From an uncultured Eubacteriales bacterium (GTDB taxonomy: Bacteria; Bacillota; Clostridia; Christensenellales; CAG-138): a DNA stretch of 55,549 nucleotides. Position 1 is the first letter of the stretch; every line of letters starts with the position of its first letter. Made by a program: the position numbers and the translations under genes. The notes under the pieces were generated by a model. It made no database searches. It was not told where the DNA came from and saw nothing but the letters and a program-made list of their open reading frames with translations. Shown here piece after piece: positions 9,551 through 19,318 of the stretch. The stretch is from contig CADCNE010000011.1 of assembly GCA_902802805.1 (NCBI GenBank), positions 1 through 55,549 of the forward strand, given 5' to 3'.

Positions 9551-10426
9551 TCATTCCTCTGGGTTCTTGAAGCCCAGGCCGTATACCTCGTCGTTGGGGG
9601 AGATCATGATAAGGGCCTTTTCGTCGATGGAGTAGACCAGCTTCTTCACCCGGTACCCCTCCGCGTTGGAGCAGGCGCAGAGGAGCATGGTGTGGGGAAG
9701 GCCCGAGTAGGCGCCGGTGACCTGCATCATGGTCACGCCACGGCCGATCTGCTTGCCGATGGCGTCCGCCACCTCCTGACCCTTGTCGGTGATGACGGTG
9801 ATGCGCTTGCCGGACCCGGTGCCGTAGAGGATCTTGTCGATCATGACCGTGCTCGCCGCCGTCATGACGATGCCCTGCAACACCGCGTCCACCCGGCCGA
9901 ACACGAACCCGCCCGCCAGGATGATGGAGCCGTCGATGAGCAGGGTGATGGAGCCCACGGACAGATGGGGGAGCTTTTTGCGGATGGCCATGATGAGAAA
10001 GTCGGAACCGCCGGAGCAATATCCGCGCATATAGATGAGGGACAGACCCGTACCGGAGATGAGCCCGGCGAACAGGGCGGCCAGCAGCGGATCGCCGTGG
10101 TAGGCGGGCACATGGGGAAAGACCACGTCCAGCATAAAGGCGACGATGCCCATGGCTATGATGGATTTAAGGAGATACTTCTTTCCCAGGTATGCGTAGC
10201 ACAGGATGATCACCGGGATGTTGAGCAGCACGGTCAGCGTTCCGATGGGCAGGGAGGGAAGGAAGTGGTGCGCCAGGATGGCGAGACCCGTGATCCCGCC
10301 CGGTGCGAAGTCCGCATTCACGGCAAAGGAGTATACGCCCGCGCTGAACAGCGTTGCGCCCGCAACGTCCGCCAACAGATCCTTGCCCCATTCCTCTATG
10401 CAAACCGATTTCTTCAGCTTTTTCAC
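9551..10426 (-). CDS. YitT family membrane protein
   Basis: APGGITGLA, LNIP, SGGSDF, RGVT and C-terminal IDEKAL..EVYGLGF; start inferred at GTG 10426. Confidence 0.9.
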   Translation of the reverse strand: MKKLKKSVCIEEWGKDLLADVAGATLFSAGVYSFAVNADFAPGGITGLAILAHHFLPSLPIGTLTVLLNIPVIILCYAYLGKKYLLKSIIAMGIVAFMLDVVFPHVPAYHGDPLLAALFAGLISGTGLSLIYMRGYCSGGSDFLIMAIRKKLPHLSVGSITLLIDGSIILAGGFVFGRVDAVLQGIVMTAASTVMIDKILYGTGSGKRITVITDKGQEVADAIGKQIGRGVTMMQVTGAYSGLPHTMLLCACSNAEGYRVKKLVYSIDEKALIMISPNDEVYGLGFKNPEE

Positions 10427-10536
10427 TGTTTCCTGCCCCTTTCGATCCAATGACAGCCCGTATAATACCATGGCAATATTCATTTTGCAAGGGGTATCCG
10501 TGGAAAAAATAGCTGCCCATCCGGCAGCGGGAAGTG

Positions 10537-11127
10537 CTATTTCACTTTCTCAAAAAGAACGGTGACTGTGCCCTCGATCTCCCCGGGCTCCAGGGAGAAA
10601 CTGAACCGCCAGCTGTTGGCGACCTGGGCGGAGGCCTTGCCGGTGTCCATGGTCTGCCGGAGCTTTTCGAGGGCGCTGTCCCGCCGTGCGGCCACCCGTC
10701 CGTCCGTGGCGGCTATGGCGTCGAAGAGGGAGAGGAACATGGCTTCGCCCCGCTGGGCCCCATCGTCATGCGCTTCCTTCAGGGAGGTCAGGCTCTCGCT
10801 GTTCTTCGTTTGGACATAGGTGGGGAGAGGGAAGGAGAGGGTCATGGCGCCGATCTCGCCGCTTTCGTCTTTGGTCACCGCCAAAGTGCCTGCTTCCTTT
10901 CCCGACGCATCCAGGAGCATGCCTCCGTCCAAAGAGAAGCCGTCGGCGTACAGATAATTCTCGACAGCCAGATCTGTCAAAGTCAGCGGCTCGCTGGCCT
11001 GTATCTCCCTGACGGCCGCAGGTTCCTTCGTATCATTCCGCAGCAGAGCGAGCACGATGAGCAGTCCGCAGAACAGGATCGGCAGGATGTAGACGGATAT
11101 TCCCTTTTTGAGCCTGTCGGAGGTCAT
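10537..11127 (-). CDS. Hypothetical membrane-anchored protein
   Basis: N-terminal hydrophobic helix; 3 nt downstream of preceding minus-strand gene. Confidence 0.7.
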   Translation of the reverse strand: MTSDRLKKGISVYILPILFCGLLIVLALLRNDTKEPAAVREIQASEPLTLTDLAVENYLYADGFSLDGGMLLDASGKEAGTLAVTKDESGEIGAMTLSFPLPTYVQTKNSESLTSLKEAHDDGAQRGEAMFLSLFDAIAATDGRVAARRDSALEKLRQTMDTGKASAQVANSWRFSFSLEPGEIEGTVTVLFEKVK

Positions 11128-11130
11128 AGG

Positions 11131-12039
11131 TCAGTCGATGTCCCGCACGGGGCCCAGGACCGGCTCGTCCAGCACGTAGGGATTTTTGAGGTAGGTGCGC
11201 ATGAGCTTGAAGGCGGAGGCGTAGTAGAAGCCGTCGCAGATGCGCTCGTCGGTGACGGCGGTGATGTCGATATACTTCTTCTCCGACACGGTGCCGTCAT
11301 TGTTCAGCTCGTTCCGCCGGTACTTCGAGCCAAAGGCCAGAAACACGGGGATGTTCCCGAAGTCGTACAGGTGGTGATAGATGGGCGGGATGCCCAGCGA
11401 GCCCATGGACGTGATGAAGAAAGAGGCGTGAAAGGGGCTGGCCATGGTCAGCTTCCGGGGCAGCAGATCGAAGTAATCGAGGAGCTTGAGGAGCCACACC
11501 GCGAGCTTCAGCAGCACCCCCGGAATGAAGGAGAAGAACTTCGCCGTGTTGTCGAAGTTGCTGTTGAGCTCGGACGTGGCCTTGTTCTTCTCGACGATGG
11601 CGTTGATCTTTTCGTATATCTCCGCCGCCGTGTCGTGAGCGTCCAGGATGGGCTTGATGCAGGTGTCGGGGGAGTCCGGGGACATCTCCTTTTTCACCAC
11701 CAGAGACATCTCGATATACTCGTCCCGGGCATAGATCTTTTGGCCCGCGATGAACCGGTTGATGGCGGGGCGCTGGGAGACGGCCCGCACGTAGGCGGCG
11801 ATGATCACGTGCATGATGCCGAAGCTGGTGAGCCCCTGCTTCCGCTTCTCCCGGATATACTTCTCGATCTCCGTGATCTCCACCGTGTCCCGGAAGAGAT
11901 TGCTGGAGGTGTTTCTCGTCACCATGATGTAGGGGGAGACCATGGACATGGCCGTGAGGCTCCGTATCCGCCGGCCATCCTTTCGGTCGCCCCACTTTTT
12001 CCTAAACTTCTTTGCTTCCACTTTGACACGCCTTTCCAA
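11131..12039 (-). CDS. Stand-alone 2-oxoacid dehydrogenase E2-like acyltransferase catalytic domain
   Basis: PAINRF, ITSMGSLGI and DERICDG; no lipoyl domain; start uncertain. Confidence 0.8.
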   Translation of the reverse strand: MERRVKVEAKKFRKKWGDRKDGRRIRSLTAMSMVSPYIMVTRNTSSNLFRDTVEITEIEKYIREKRKQGLTSFGIMHVIIAAYVRAVSQRPAINRFIAGQKIYARDEYIEMSLVVKKEMSPDSPDTCIKPILDAHDTAAEIYEKINAIVEKNKATSELNSNFDNTAKFFSFIPGVLLKLAVWLLKLLDYFDLLPRKLTMASPFHASFFITSMGSLGIPPIYHHLYDFGNIPVFLAFGSKYRRNELNNDGTVSEKKYIDITAVTDERICDGFYYASAFKLMRTYLKNPYVLDEPVLGPVRDID

Positions 12040-12073
12040 GGGTTTTCTATAGTATACCTGTTGAAAAGAGCGA

Positions 12074-12102
12074 TTGCAAGGAGGGAATCGTCACGATATA
12101 AT
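12074..12102 (+). promoter_or_regulatory. Sigma-A-like promoter of U32 gene
   Basis: TTGCAA-17 nt-TATAAT. Confidence 0.6.
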
Positions 12103-12129
12103 AGGGACATATCACAGGGAGGTCCTGCC

Positions 12130-14143
12130 ATGGAGATACTGGCTCCTGCCGGAAACGAACAAAGCCTCATAGCCGCCGTACGCAGCGGCGCGGACGCGGT
12201 CTATTTGGGCACCGGCGCCTTCAACGCCCGGCGCAACGCGGACAATTTCAAGGACAACAGCCTCGCGGAGGCGGTGAACTACTGCCACGGCCGGGGGGTG
12301 AAGGTATACGTGACCCTCAACACCCTCATCCGGGACGAGGAGCTGCCCGCCTTCCTCGACGCCGCCCGGGAGGTGGCCGAAGCCGGGCCCGACGGGGTCA
12401 TCGTCCAGGACCTGGCGGTGGTGAAGGTGCTCAAGACCATCTGCCCCGACCTGCCGCTGGTGGCCTCCACTCAGATGTCCGTCCACAACGCCGCCGGGGT
12501 CAAAGCCCTGGAGGACCTGGGGTTTTCCAGGGTGGTCCTGGCCCGTGAGCTGACGCTGGAGGAGATACGAAAGATACGCAGCGAGACCAGGGCTGAGCTG
12601 GAGGTCTTCATCCACGGGGCCCTGTGCATGAGCGTGTCCGGTATGTGCTACTACTCCGCCATGATGGGGGAACGGAGCGGCAACCGGGGCCTGTGCGCCC
12701 AGCCCTGCCGCCTCAACTCCGCCTGCAACGGGCGGCCCTACGCCCTGTCCTTGAAGGACATGTCCTTCATCACCCGGGTCCGGGACCTGGAGGCGGCGGG
12801 GGTCTGCTCCGTGAAGATCGAGGGGCGTATGAAGCGGCCGGAGTACGTGGCCGCCGCCGTCACCGCGGTCCGCACGGCCCTCGATGGGAAGGAGCCGGAC
12901 ATGGCCACCCTCCAGGCGGTGTTTTCCCGCAGCGGCTTCACCGACGGCTATCTCACCGGCAAGCGGAACGTAAGTCCGCACCGCGGAGGACGCCGCGGCC
13001 TCCAAGACCGTCTTCGGGAGGCTCGCCGACCTCTACCGCCGGGAGTTCCCCGGCGTGTCCGTGGATATGACCCTGGCGGCGACGAACGACGCACTTTCCC
13101 TGACGGTGCAGGATGGGGAAGGCAATACGGCCTTTGCCTCTGCTCCCCTGGAGAAGGGCGAAATGGCTCCTCTCACCGAGGACATCGCCCGGCGGAACCT
13201 CAGCAAGACGGGCGGCACCCCCTTCGCCGTGAGGACCTGCACGGTGGACTTGCCGGAAAATTTGCCCGTGCCCGGGTCCGTGGTGAACGGCCTTAGGCGG
13301 GAAGCCCTCGAGCAGCTTTTAGCCCTTCGCAGCCGGAGCAACGGCTACGCCCTGTGGCCCATGGACGTCCCGGAGATAGCCCCCTATACTCCCCAAAATC
13401 AAACCCTTCGGCTCCGGTTCCAGCGGGCAGACCAGGTCTTCTCCGCGCCGGGCGTGGAGGCGATCATCCTGCCCTTTGAGGAGATAGAGAAGCACCCGGA
13501 CCTGCTGGCGGGGGAGACGCCCCTGTGGGCGGAGCTGCCCCAGCTCGTCTGGCCCCTGGAGGAACAGACCATCCTGGACCGGCTCCTGGCCCTGCAGGAG
13601 AAGGGCCTCACCGATGCGGTGGCGGGCAACGTCTGTGAGCTCATCCTGGCCCAAAGGGTCGGGCTCACCGTCCACGGCGGCCCCACCATGAACATATCGA
13701 ACACCCTGTCTATGGAAGCCTACGAGGCCATGGGCCTTGCGGACGCCACCCTGTCCTTCGAGCTGCCCGTGCGCATGGGCGCGAAGCTGGGCGGGACCAA
13801 GCCTCGGGGCATCCTCGCTTACGGCCGCCTGCCCATCATGCAGTTTCGCGCCTGCCCTGCCCGGGGGGAGAAGGGCTGCGGCGCCTGCGGCGGCCGCCCG
13901 GAGCTGGTGGACCGCAAGGGCGTCACCTTCCCCATGATCTGTCACGACCGGCGCTACACCACCCTCCTCAACTCCGTGCCCCTGTACCTGGGGGACAAGG
14001 CCCTGCCGTCCTTCGACTTCGCGACCCTGTACTTCACCACGGAGGACAGGGACACCTGCCGCCGGGTGTACGACGGCTTCCGCCAGGGGGCGGCCCCCTG
14101 GTTTGAAAGGACCAGCGGCCTCGCCTATAGAACACTGTTATAA
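12130..14143 (+). pseudogene. Peptidase U32 family protein (long RlhA-like form), frameshifted at about 12975
   Basis: EILAPAG, GADAVYLG, FIHGALC.SVSG.C, NRGLCAQPCR, KIEGRMK; C-terminal half continues in another frame. Confidence 0.85.
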
Positions 14144-14158
14144 ATACCCATAAACGAC

Positions 14159-14186
14159 AGCGGTTCGCCAGCGGGCCGCTTTTTTT
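14159..14186 (+). terminator. Intrinsic terminator
   Basis: agcggttcgc-ca-gcgggccgct followed by T tract. Confidence 0.7.
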
Positions 14187-14216
14187 GTTGCCCATACATG
14201 GGGCGTATGGACAGGT

Positions 14217-14224
14217 CATACAGT
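14217..14224 (+). promoter_or_regulatory. Possible sigma-E -10 element before spoIIIAA
   Basis: CATACAGT matches sigma-E -10 consensus CATACANT; -35 spacing is imperfect. Confidence 0.3.
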
Positions 14225-14229
14225 GGACC

Positions 14230-15132
14230 ATGGAAGAAAGAACGGATTGGAAAACCTGGCTGCTGCCCCTGCTGACGGAGGATATGCGACAGGCGCTGAC
14301 GCCCCTGGCGCTTCCGGACGTGCAGGAGATACGCCTCCGGCTGGGCAAGCCCATGGAGGTGGTCACCCCCACCGGGAGTCGGCTCCTCTACGCCCCCAAC
14401 GGACGGCCCATGCTGCGGGAGGGGGAGCAGGAGCAGCTCCTCTCGGCCTTCTGCGGCCACGCCCCCTACGCCTGGGAGAAGGAGATACGGCAGGGATTCA
14501 TCACCCTGAACAGCGGCTGCCGGGTGGGCATCGTCGGGCGGATCGCCGCCGACACCGGGGCCCCCGCCGCGGTGACGGGCTTCTGTATCCGCATCCTCCG
14601 GCCCGTGGTGGGCTGCGGGGAAGGGTTGCTGCCGGAGCTGCTGGACGGCGGTCGGCTTCGTTCCACCCTTGTTTATTCCGCGCCGGGCTGCGGCAAGACC
14701 ACCTTGCTACGGGATATTATTCGCCTCATCTCCGACGGCCGCTCGGGGGCGTCGCCCCATCGGGTGGGCGTGGTGGACGAGCGCTTCGAGATCGGCGGGG
14801 AAGGGGGCACGGCCTTTGATCTCGGGGATAGGACGGACGTGCTCTCTGGCGTACCGAAGGGGGAGGGCCTGCTGCGGCTGCTGTCCACCATGGGCCCCCA
14901 GGTCCTGGCGGCGGACGAGCTGAACTTTGCGTCGGACGTGGCGGCGGTGATGGAGGCGAGGAGCCGGGGCGTCACGGTCCTCTGTACGGCCCATGGCGGC
15001 GCCTTCGAGGAGCTGCTCCGCCGGGAGGGCATGAGAACGCTGTTTGCGGCCAGGACCTTCGAGCGGTACGTGCGCCTCACCGGCTGCGGAAAGGTGGACG
15101 AGATCCGGGACGGGGAGGGGGAATTGCTGTGA
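14230..15132 (+). CDS. spoIIIAA: Stage III sporulation protein AA (ATPase)
   Basis: EIRLR, GFITL..GCRVGIVG, Walker A PGCGKTTLLRD, VVDERFEI, ADE, TAHG. Confidence 0.92.
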   Translation: MEERTDWKTWLLPLLTEDMRQALTPLALPDVQEIRLRLGKPMEVVTPTGSRLLYAPNGRPMLREGEQEQLLSAFCGHAPYAWEKEIRQGFITLNSGCRVGIVGRIAADTGAPAAVTGFCIRILRPVVGCGEGLLPELLDGGRLRSTLVYSAPGCGKTTLLRDIIRLISDGRSGASPHRVGVVDERFEIGGEGGTAFDLGDRTDVLSGVPKGEGLLRLLSTMGPQVLAADELNFASDVAAVMEARSRGVTVLCTAHGGAFEELLRREGMRTLFAARTFERYVRLTGCGKVDEIRDGEGELL

Positions 15133-15578
15133 AGCTGGTGGCGGGCGCGCTGCTGTTTTTGCTGTGCGGTTTGGCGGGCGAAGGGAAGGCGCGGCGCCTA
15201 ATTCGCCGGGAACGGACCCTGGTCAAGCTGTATGAGCTTATCAAGGAGATCGGCGACCGGCAGCTCACCGGCCTCGTTTCCTTCCGGGAAGGGGCTATCC
15301 GCTGTCCACCATCGCCGGAACGGGACCAGCTGTTGGCCCTGGCGCAGGGCAAGGAAGTGGATATGTCCCTGCTGACGGCGGAGGAGCGGTCCGCACTCGA
15401 AGCCTACGTTCGGTCCGACAGCCGATCCCTGGAAGCCCTGCGAACCCAGCGAGACGCTCTCCTGACCCTGCTGCGGCGGGAACGGGACCAAACGAAGGAG
15501 GAGCTGTCCCGCAAGGGCCAGGTCTATCGATCCGTAGGGTACCTATTCGGCGTGGCGGTCCTGCTGCTGGTCCTCTGA
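15129..15578 (+). CDS. spoIIIAB: Stage III sporulation protein AB
   Basis: Operon position; MKLVAG N-terminal TM and YRSVGYLFG C-terminal TM. Confidence 0.8.
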   Translation: MKLVAGALLFLLCGLAGEGKARRLIRRERTLVKLYELIKEIGDRQLTGLVSFREGAIRCPPSPERDQLLALAQGKEVDMSLLTAEERSALEAYVRSDSRSLEALRTQRDALLTLLRRERDQTKEELSRKGQVYRSVGYLFGVAVLLLVL

Positions 15579-15579
15579 A

Positions 15580-15777
15580 ATGCAGATCGAGATACTCATC
15601 AAGATCGCGGGCCTGGGGCTGCTGGTGTCCGTGATCATCAACCTGCTCAAGCAGAGCGGCCGGGAGGAGCTGGCGGCCCTGGTGGCGGTGGTGGGCCTGG
15701 CTATCGGGACGCTCCTGGTGCTGGAAACGGTCTCCTCCCTGATGGAGACCATTCGGCGGGTATTCTCGCTATATTAG
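15580..15777 (+). CDS. spoIIIAC: Stage III sporulation protein AC
   Basis: IKIAGLGLLV...LKQSGREE motif, 65 aa. Confidence 0.92.
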   Translation: MQIEILIKIAGLGLLVSVIINLLKQSGREELAALVAVVGLAIGTLLVLETVSSLMETIRRVFSLY

Positions 15778-15782
15778 GAGAG

Positions 15783-15869
15783 TGTGAAAAACAGGTTTTT
15801 CACACCTGCAGTTTGTGCCTTTGCTGCGGACCGGCGCAGCAATTTCGCAGGCGAAACCGGCAAAACTGC
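15783..15869. other. Structured intergenic insert (hairpin plus three-way junction)
   Basis: gtgtgaaaaac/gtttttcacac hairpin, then gcagttt..aaactgc stem enclosing ttgctgcg/cgcagcaa and tttcgc/gcgaaa. Confidence 0.55.
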
Positions 15870-15890
15870 CAAAAGGAATGGTGATTCGAT

Positions 15891-16289
15891 ATGGAGATGG
15901 TGCGCGTGCTGGGCATCGGCGTGGTGGGCACGGTCCTCGCTGTGACCCTGGGCCGGCACAACGGCGGATACGGCCTGCTGACGGGCCTGGCCACGGGGTG
16001 CCTGCTGCTGATGCTGTTCCTCGGAGAGACCGGGGAGTTGGAGACCGCCCTTAGGGAGCTGGCGGGCGCAGGGAGCCTGTCCTCCGAGTACCTTTCTCGG
16101 GTGGTCCGCATTTTAGGCCTTGCCTGCCTCACCGAGGCGGGGAGCCGCATTTCTAAGGACGGGGGCCAGGGGAACATCGCTTTGAAGGTGGAGCTATGCG
16201 GCCGGGTCATGATCCTGTGCGCGGTGCTGCCCGCCGTGCGTGAGGTCCTTTCCTCCGCCCAGACGGTGTTGTCTGAGATCGGCCCATGA
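15891..16289 (+). CDS. spoIIIAD: Stage III sporulation protein AD
   Basis: ILGLACLTE...KDGGQGNIALKVELCGR motif. Confidence 0.9.
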   Translation: MEMVRVLGIGVVGTVLAVTLGRHNGGYGLLTGLATGCLLLMLFLGETGELETALRELAGAGSLSSEYLSRVVRILGLACLTEAGSRISKDGGQGNIALKVELCGRVMILCAVLPAVREVLSSAQTVLSEIGP

Positions 16290-17398
16290 TGGCCCTGCTC
16301 CTCTGCGGCCTGCTGTTGCTTTCCCCTGCGGACACGGTGCCAGTGGCCACCCCGCCGCCGACGGAGGCGGAGGACGTAATAGAAGCAGTAGACCTGGCCC
16401 CCTGGGACGATCTCTTTTCCCGCATGGAGGACGGGGAGGCCTGGCAGCGGCCCTCCGCCCTTGTTCGCAGCATCGCGGCCGGGGAGGAGGACCCGGCGCG
16501 GCTGCTCGCCTGGCTCAAGGAGCTGGGGCTGAGCGGGGTATCCGAAGCGGCAGGCCTATGCCTCGTTGCCCTGGTCACCGGGGTGCTGGGGGCCCTCCTC
16601 GAAACGGTGTTGGACGGGCCGGCGGTCCCCGCCCGCCGGGTCCTGTCCGTGGGTCTTGCCGCCTTTCTTCTCATGCGCCTCCTGCCCCTGATCCGAAAAG
16701 GTCTTGCTTGCCTCGATGGGGTGCTGACCCTGGCGGAGGTGACCGTGCCGCTGATGACCGGGGCGCTCCTGCTGCTGGCGAGCCCCCAGGGGGCCAGCGT
16801 CCTGGGCACCCTGGGGGAGCTGCTGCTCACGGTCTTCCTGCGCTGGATGCAGGGGAGCCTGGTCCCCCTCGCCCTGTCGGCGGGGGTCCTGCGGACGGCG
16901 GACTTCATGGGCGACAGCGTGCTTTCGGCCATCTCCCGGCTGCTGTTCACCCTGGTCCGCTGGGGTATACGCGTCCTGTGCCTTGGCTACATGGTCCTCT
17001 CCGGCCTTATGGGGGCCGGGGCGGCCAGCATGGATTCGCTGCTGCTGCGCTCCGGCAAGGTGGCGGCGGGGAGCCTGCCCCTGGTGGGCTCCATCGTGTC
17101 GGACTCCCTGGGCGCAGCGGCCGCCTGCCTGGGCCTCGTGAAGGGTGCCATGGGGCGGACCGGGATGCTGTTGGTGGCGGTCCAGGTGATCGGTCCGGTG
17201 GGGGTGCTGCTGGTGCACGGCTTCGGCCTCAAGGCCACGGCGTCCCTGCTCTCGACCCTGGAGCAGCGGGAGATGGGGACCATGCTCTCCTCTATGGGCG
17301 ACATGCTGACCGTGCTCGGCGCCATCATTCTGGCCGCGGGAGCCATGCTGTGCACAGCGGTGGTTGGGGCGGCGGGGCTCCTGGGAGGCGGTCTATGA
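16286..17398 (+). CDS. spoIIIAE: Stage III sporulation protein AE
   Basis: Multi-pass membrane protein with LPLVGSIVSDS and LVKGAMG motifs; operon position. Confidence 0.85.
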   Translation: MMALLLCGLLLLSPADTVPVATPPPTEAEDVIEAVDLAPWDDLFSRMEDGEAWQRPSALVRSIAAGEEDPARLLAWLKELGLSGVSEAAGLCLVALVTGVLGALLETVLDGPAVPARRVLSVGLAAFLLMRLLPLIRKGLACLDGVLTLAEVTVPLMTGALLLLASPQGASVLGTLGELLLTVFLRWMQGSLVPLALSAGVLRTADFMGDSVLSAISRLLFTLVRWGIRVLCLGYMVLSGLMGAGAASMDSLLLRSGKVAAGSLPLVGSIVSDSLGAAAACLGLVKGAMGRTGMLLVAVQVIGPVGVLLVHGFGLKATASLLSTLEQREMGTMLSSMGDMLTVLGAIILAAGAMLCTAVVGAAGLLGGGL

Positions 17399-17559
17399 AG
17401 GAAGGCATGATGGACCTATGCGTGATAGGCGGGTTCACCGGGCTTATCCTCCTGCTGTTCCCATCCGGCACCTCCGGGGCGGCGGGGCGGAGGGCCGTGT
17501 CTGTCTGCTATCTGTTGGAATGTTTGCGCCTTCTCTCGGGGGCGCTGAAGGGAGGATGA
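17395..17559 (+). CDS. Very short SpoIIIAF-like protein (54 aa)
   Basis: ATGA overlaps on both sides; two hydrophobic segments with LLFPSG resembling the SpoIIIAF N-terminus; AF position. Confidence 0.55.
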   Translation: MKEGMMDLCVIGGFTGLILLLFPSGTSGAAGRRAVSVCYLLECLRLLSGALKGG

Positions 17560-18113
17560 GGATGGACAGGACATGGATCAAAAGGGTCTTCGAACGCCTG
17601 CGGGGTTGGCGATATTTCTCCGCGGCCCTGTACGGGGCACTGCTCCTCTTGGCCGTCCTCTTCTACGGGGTGGGCGACGACTGGTTCGTGGCCGCTCCCC
17701 GAGATGGGCCGGTGAAGGCGGAAACGACCCTGGAATCCCGCCTGGAGGACATCTTGAGCACCGTCCGTGGCGCGGGCCGGGTGCGGGTCCTCATCACCTA
17801 TTCTACGGCGGGGGAGCGGGTGGCCGCCACCGTCAGCACCACGGACGAGAGCGTGTCGGAGACCTCCAGCGGCGCCACTGCCACCAGGAGCGAGCAGTCC
17901 CGGGAGATGAAACAGCCCGCCACCATCTCCGTCGACGGGGGTCAGAGCCCCATCATCCTGGTGGAGAAGGAGCCGGAGATCCGGGGCGTTCTCGTGGTGG
18001 CGGAGGGAGCGGTGGACCCTACCGTGCGGCTGAGTCTCCAGCGGGCGGTGCAGGCGGTGACGGGCGTTTCTCTTTCCTGCATCGAGGTGTTTGAAATGAA
18101 CTATCCGTCATAG
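17556..18113 (+). CDS. spoIIIAG: Stage III sporulation protein AG
   Basis: LEDILSTVRGAGRVRVLIT and PEIRGVLVVAEGA motifs; RBS ggagg. Confidence 0.9.
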   Translation: MRMDRTWIKRVFERLRGWRYFSAALYGALLLLAVLFYGVGDDWFVAAPRDGPVKAETTLESRLEDILSTVRGAGRVRVLITYSTAGERVAATVSTTDESVSETSSGATATRSEQSREMKQPATISVDGGQSPIILVEKEPEIRGVLVVAEGAVDPTVRLSLQRAVQAVTGVSLSCIEVFEMNYPS

Positions 18114-18171
18114 AATTGACCATGGAACCGGTATCCCTAAATACGACAACATTCGATAAGGAGGAAGAAAC

Positions 18172-18693
18172 ATGAGACCAACGATCCAAAACATGAGGAA
18201 ACTGCTGAACCGGCGCACCATGACGCTGCTGGGCGTTGGGCTGCTGCTCCTCGCCGCAGTGGCGGCCAACGTCATCATGAACCGAAATGAGGAGCGGCTG
18301 GTGAAGGCGGATACGGCGGCCGTCAGCGTGTCCGCACCGGGGAGCCAGGGGAGCTTCTTCGACATCTATCGCAGCGAGCGGGACAGCGTGCGGACCCAGG
18401 AGCTGGCGTATCTCGACGCCATCGTAGCTCAGGGCGGCGATGAAGCCACCCTCTCCGAGGCCCAGAAGCAGAAGATGACCCTGGTGGGCTGCATGGAATC
18501 GGAGCTGAACACGGAGAACCTCATCCGGGCCAAGGGCTTCGAGGAGGTGATCGTGTCCATGCACAATGGGTCCGTGAACGTGATCGTGGACGCCGACGCG
18601 CTCACCGATGAGCAGGTGGCGCAGATACTGGATATCGTCCTTCGGGAGACCGGGGAAACGGCGGAAAATATCAAGGTATCCACCGCGCAATAA
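18172..18693 (+). CDS. spoIIIAH: Stage III sporulation protein AH
   Basis: N-terminal TM; FFDIYRSERD, ENLIRAKGFEE, QVAQILDIV. Confidence 0.9.
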   Translation: MRPTIQNMRKLLNRRTMTLLGVGLLLLAAVAANVIMNRNEERLVKADTAAVSVSAPGSQGSFFDIYRSERDSVRTQELAYLDAIVAQGGDEATLSEAQKQKMTLVGCMESELNTENLIRAKGFEEVIVSMHNGSVNVIVDADALTDEQVAQILDIVLRETGETAENIKVSTAQ

Positions 18694-18697
18694 CGGG

Positions 18698-18726
18698 TTG
18701 CCTTTTTCGTCAGGAGTTGGTATACT
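18698..18726 (+). promoter_or_regulatory. Sigma-A-like promoter for asp23-nusB operon
   Basis: TTGCCT-17 nt-TATACT with TG extension. Confidence 0.6.
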
Positions 18727-18770
18727 AATACTGTATCAGTGTGTCCAAAAACCAGAAGGAGGTCAACACA

Positions 18771-19250
18771 ATGAACGAAGTCGATACCAACATGGAGATC
18801 AACCAGGGCGGAAAGATCGTATTTGCCGATGACGTGGTGGCCACCATCGCCTTTTTGGCGGCCGGTGAGGTGGAGGGCGTTCACGCCATGATCGGCTCCA
18901 CCAGCATCAGCGAGATGCTCGGCAAAAAGAATTATACCAAGGGCGTGAAGGTGGAGGTCGGCTCCGAGGAATGCGCCTGTGATATCACCATCGTGGTCAA
19001 GTACGGCTATCGCATCCAGGCGGTGGCCCAGAAGGTCCAGGAGGAGATCAAGAACGCCATCGAGACCATGACCGGCCTTCGGGTGGTGGAGGTCAACGTG
19101 AATGTGAACAGCATCTACTTTGAGCCCGAGAAGAAGGAGGAGCCAAAGCCCGCCCCCAAGCCCGCTCCCGAGCCTGAGCCGGAGCCCGAGCCCGAACCGG
19201 AGCCCGAAGAGGAAGAGCCCGCGCCCGCGCCTGCGCCGCGCGTAAAGTGA
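18771..19250 (+). CDS. Asp23/Gls24 family envelope stress protein with Pro/Glu-rich tail
   Basis: DDVVATIA, KGVKVEV, VQEEIKNAIETMTGL; RBS aaggagg. Confidence 0.92.
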   Translation: MNEVDTNMEINQGGKIVFADDVVATIAFLAAGEVEGVHAMIGSTSISEMLGKKNYTKGVKVEVGSEECACDITIVVKYGYRIQAVAQKVQEEIKNAIETMTGLRVVEVNVNVNSIYFEPEKKEEPKPAPKPAPEPEPEPEPEPEPEEEEPAPAPAPRVK

Positions 19251-19318
19251 TTTTGTCGATATGATCCGGCGGAGCCCGCCTCGGTGCGGGCTCCTGCCAG
19301 TCAGGAAGGGGAAAAGCT

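Noticed and set aside
10534-12129. N-terminal ~530 aa of the 920-aa ORF 10534..13296
   Set aside because: Antisense shadow of two real minus-strand genes; the true U32 start is ATG 12130 with its own RBS and promoter.
6951-13055. Programmed ribosomal frameshifting at the esterase and U32 breaks
   Set aside because: No slippery heptamers, and conserved residues appear to be missing, which points to deletions.
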